Part shown: one piece after another, positions 60,911-64,000 of the stretch
How positions within the stretch are numbered: the stretch's first letter is position 1
Layout of the letters: the number at the start of each line of letters is the position of its first letter
From: an uncultured Acidobacteriota bacterium
GTDB lineage: Bacteria; Acidobacteriota; Terriglobia; UBA7540
Reading direction: 5' to 3'
DNA: 64,000 nt
Assembly: GCA_963804995.1 (NCBI GenBank)
Contig: CAWDSK010000002.1
Span: forward strand, 96,001-160,000
The notes under the pieces: model-generated
Told to the model about the DNA's origin: nothing
The model's database searches: none
What the model saw: only the letters and a program-made list of their open reading frames with translations
Translations under genes and position numbers: made by a program

Positions 60911-62194
60911 ATGGCTATTTCGCGACGCTATTTTTTGAAGAATTACGGGCCTGAGCCTTTTCGGCGCAGCTTTCGTGCCCAGTTTTCTGAGGCGCGCGGC
61001 GTTTGCGATGGACCAGCCCGCGGTGAGTGCTCGCAAGAAGGTTCTGGTGGCTATCTTTCAGCGGGGCGCGGCGGATGGGCTGAACATTGTGGTTCCCTTT
61101 GGCGAAAGGGAGTATTACGCCCTGCGTCCTTCGATTGCGATCCCGGAGCCCTCGAACGCCTCAGGTGACGGCCCCCGTGCCATTGATCTCGACGGTTTCT
61201 TTGGTCTGCACCCCAGCCTCGGCTCACTGAAGCCGTTATTCGACGCCCGGCAACTCGCCATCGTGCATGCCGCCGGTTCCCCGGATAGCACGCGGTCGCA
61301 CTTCGACGCGCAGGACTATATGGAATCTGCGACCCGGGAGTCAAGTCAACCCCCGACGGTTGGCTGAACCGATTCCTGCAAGCCGCGCCCCTGGCGGACG
61401 CGACGCCCTTCCGCGCCGTGGCCTTTGCCGCCACCACGCCGCGCACGCTCGCGGGCGACGCCCCTTGCCTCTGCACACAGGATCTGGGAGGCTTTCACTT
61501 GGGGGGCAAGTCCAACACGCCGGGTCGAGGCGTGCAGGTGCTCGCCAGCGCTTTCGAGGAAATGTATGCCTCTGCTTCGGACCAACTGTTGTGCAGCACT
61601 GCGCATGAGACCTTTGAAGCCATCTCCACCTTGCAACGGATTCAAATGGGCGCCTATCAACCTGAAAACGGGGCGGAGTATCCGCGCGGTCCGCTCGGGC
61701 GGAACCTTCAGCAGATTGCGCAGCTCATCAAGTCAGACGCTGGCCTGGAGGTGGCTTTTGCGGAGGCAGGCGGCTGGGACCACCACGTGAACGAAGGCGG
61801 CGTAAAGGGACAACTGGCCGCGCGACTCCAGGAATTCGGTGACGCATTGGCCGCTTTTTACAAGGACATGGGTGACCGCATGGCGGATATCACGGTTCTG
61901 ACCATGTCGGAGTTCGGCCGCACCGCGCGTGAAAACGGCAACCGCGGCACGGACCACGGTCACGCCAATGCGATGTTCGTTCTGGGCGGCGCTGTGAAGG
62001 GTGGCAAGGTCTATGGTGATTGGCCTGGCCTCAAAGATCATCAACTGCATGAGGGGCGTGATTTGGCCCTGACCACAGATTTCCGTGATGTCTTCGCGGA
62101 GGTAGCTGTCCGCCATCTTGCTTTGAAGGACCCCGGCGGCATTTTCCCCGGCTATCAAATATCACCCAAGCGCTTCCGCGGCTTCCTGGGCTAA
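60911..62194 (+). CDS. DUF1501-family protein (Tat-like signal), frameshifted near 60945 and 61340
   Basis: MAISRR.FLK, FQRGAADGLN, RSHFDAQ, GGWDHH, SEFGR, GTDHG and TTDFR motifs. Confidence 0.85.
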
Positions 62195-62302
62195 CCCCGC
62201 CTTCTTCTCTTTTCTCGGGTGCACGCCTGGGAAATGAAATTCTGGGAAAGTGGGGTTGAAATAAGTTCTCTCTTACGGCTATAATAGCCGTAAGGAGGAA
62301 CC

Positions 62303-62704
62303 ATGGCTCAGTCTTTTGAAGTTCCTGGTCCGGTCCGTGAGCTTGCCGCTCGGTTGGGTCAGTCCCAGCCCATGCGGCGCGGCTCCCTATCGGAGCGTTA
62401 TGTGAAATGCGGCAAGCCGGGTTGTGGTTGCGCGGAGGATGCCAAGGCGCGGCACGGCCCTTATTACAGTCTGACGCGGGCGGTGGGAGGGCAGACCCGC
62501 TCCCGCTTCTTGAACCCCGAGGAAGCGCAGCGGGCGCGAGAGCAGATCGAGACGGGCCAGCAGTTTCGGCGTCAGGTGGAGGCTTACTGGGCTGCCTGTG
62601 AGCAATGGGCGGATGCCCAGCTGGAAGCCCGGGAGGAAGAAGGGCAAGCCGAGGTTAAAAAAAACCGCACTCGGCGAGGCTCTGGCGCACGACCTCACCG
62701 CTGA
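62303..62704 (+). CDS. ISKra4 accessory ORF (DUF6788-like)
   Basis: RGSL...CGKPGCGC...HGPYY motif. AAGGAGG ribosome-binding site. Ends past the A8C run at 62657-62665. Confidence 0.85.
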   Translation: MAQSFEVPGPVRELAARLGQSQPMRRGSLSERYVKCGKPGCGCAEDAKARHGPYYSLTRAVGGQTRSRFLNPEEAQRAREQIETGQQFRRQVEAYWAACEQWADAQLEAREEEGQAEVKKNRTRRGSGARPHR

Positions 62705-64000
62705 GATTGAGCGCCTGGTGGGTCGGGAAGCCACGGCGGCTCTGGACTTCGAGGCGGTGGAAACGGCCGTACGCCGTCAGGCTTTGCGCTTCGCCGCGCG
62801 GGTGGTGGAGCAGCGGCTGAATGCCGACCACTCCGACTTTACCGGAGCCCGTCGGCCGTGTTCCTGCGGTCAGCCCGCGCGCTATGTAGACCGGCGGGCC
62901 AAGCCTTTCCAGACCGTGCTGGGCGAATTACGGCTGGAGCGCGCCTACTATTATTGTGCTGCCTGCCAGCGCGGGTTCTGTCCTCGTGACCAGCAGTGGG
63001 GAATGGAGGACACTTCTCTGTCCCCGGCGGTGACACGCATGGTGGGCACGGTGGGAGCCTTGGTGAGCTTTCAAGAAGGGCGTGAACTCCTCGGGGAATT
63101 GGCGGGCGTGGAAGTAAGTGCCAAGCAGGTGGAGCGTACGGCGGAGGCGCTGGGAGCGGAAGTCGCCGAGGATGAACGCCAACCGGTGGAGGCGGTGAGG
63201 GAAGGACCCTTGCCGCCCACCCTCTATCTCGGCCTGGATGGTACCGGCATTCCCATGCGCAAGGAGGAACTCACGGGGCGAGCGGGCAAGCAGCCGGATG
63301 GCTCCGCCCAAACCCGCGAGGTCAAGGTCTGCGCCATCTGGAGCGCGGAAGCGCGCGATGCCGAAGGCCGGCCCCGGCGTGATGCTGGCTCGGTCAGCTA
63401 CTCGGCGGCCATCGAGACGGCGGCCTGCCGCGACACCGACTCCCAGATCGCAGCATTTACCCAGCGCGTCGAGCGTGAGGCGAAGCGTCGAGACTTCGGG
63501 CAAGCCTCTCGCCAAGTGGTGATCGGCGACGGGGCTCCCTGGATCTGGAACATCGCCGCGGAGGTGTTCCCGCAAGCCCTGCAAATCGTGGATCGTTACC
63601 ACGTGAAGGAGCATTTGAGCCAAGTGGCCAAGGCCCTCTATGGGCAAGCGGAGGCATCCCATCGCTGGGCGCAACGTCGGCACCAAGAATTGGATGGCGG
63701 GCGTTGGCGGAGTCTGACGACGGCGCTGGCCCGCCATGCGGCCCGCTCACCGGAAGCCCGCAACTGCCTTCAGTACTTGCAGCGCAACCGGCACCGCATG
63801 CGCTACGCGGAATTTCATGCCCAGCACCTGTGTACTTCCTCAGGGGTTCTGGAGGCGGGTTGCAGGGTCGTCGTGGGGTCGCGCCTAAAACGTTCGGGCA
63901 TGCATTGGACCGTGCGCGGCTCCAATGCCATCATCGCTCTGCGGTGTTACAAACTCAGCGGTCGCTTCGAAGACTTCTGGGAACGCCGGGCGCACAGGGT
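62657..64000 (+). CDS. ISKra4 transposase (3'-truncated by the window; probably expressed by frameshift at AAAAAAAAC)
   Basis: Manual translation: DFEAVE...CSCG...RAYYYCAAC...LDGTG...IGDGAPWIW...DRYH...SGVLEAGC...RLKRSGMHW. Open to the window end. Confidence 0.88.

Larger units (their letters stand above)
62217..64000 (+). mobile_element. ISKra4-family insertion sequence, right end outside the window
   Basis: Probable left end GGGTGCACG at 62217; promoter TTGAAA-N18-TATAAT; small upstream ORF plus overlapping transposase. Confidence 0.85.

Noticed and set aside
59180..62194. Programmed frameshifting or true pseudogenisation of DUF1800/DUF1501
   Set aside because: Several small indels cluster within about 1 kb in otherwise well-conserved frames, which is most consistent with assembly error. 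Read mapping is needed to settle it.

Overview
GC-rich bacterial chromosome segment spanning the replication origin (dnaA-oriC-dnaN-gyrB ... gyrA). Gene content and repeat style suggest an Acidobacteriota (Terriglobia-like) genome; this is inference. The left part holds a partial IS4-family element, a secreted Ig-repeat protein, a PfkB kinase, an IS5 inserted in the last codons of satP, and a pentose cluster (araB, araD, two sodium:solute symporter paralogues) interrupted by a complete group II intron. The right part holds toxin-antitoxin pairs between gyrB and gyrA, larE, three deacetylase-family genes, a glmS-like gene, a CoA-activase pair, an alpha-2-macroglobulin locus, DUF1800/DUF1501 and a partial ISKra4. 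Most notable observations: (1) a full-length glmS homologue with the catalytic residue of each active site replaced (Cys1->Ser; Glu488-equivalent->Lys), directly followed by an HDAC-family gene; (2) a group II intron sitting inside a GTAG-type REP palindrome, with an EBS1 loop complementary to the REP; (3) an AT-rich ~33-bp repeat family arrayed at the 3' end of an STGP-motif gene and again as a solo array 13 kb away; (4) a datA-like cluster of DnaA boxes plus an IHF-like site 20 kb from oriC; (5) a mostly synonymously diverged copy of the gyrB 3' end bracketing an inserted cassette. Several single-base frameshifts (U32-like, HDAC, DUF1800, DUF1501) look like assembly errors. Family assignments come from motif recognition only; no database search was run.
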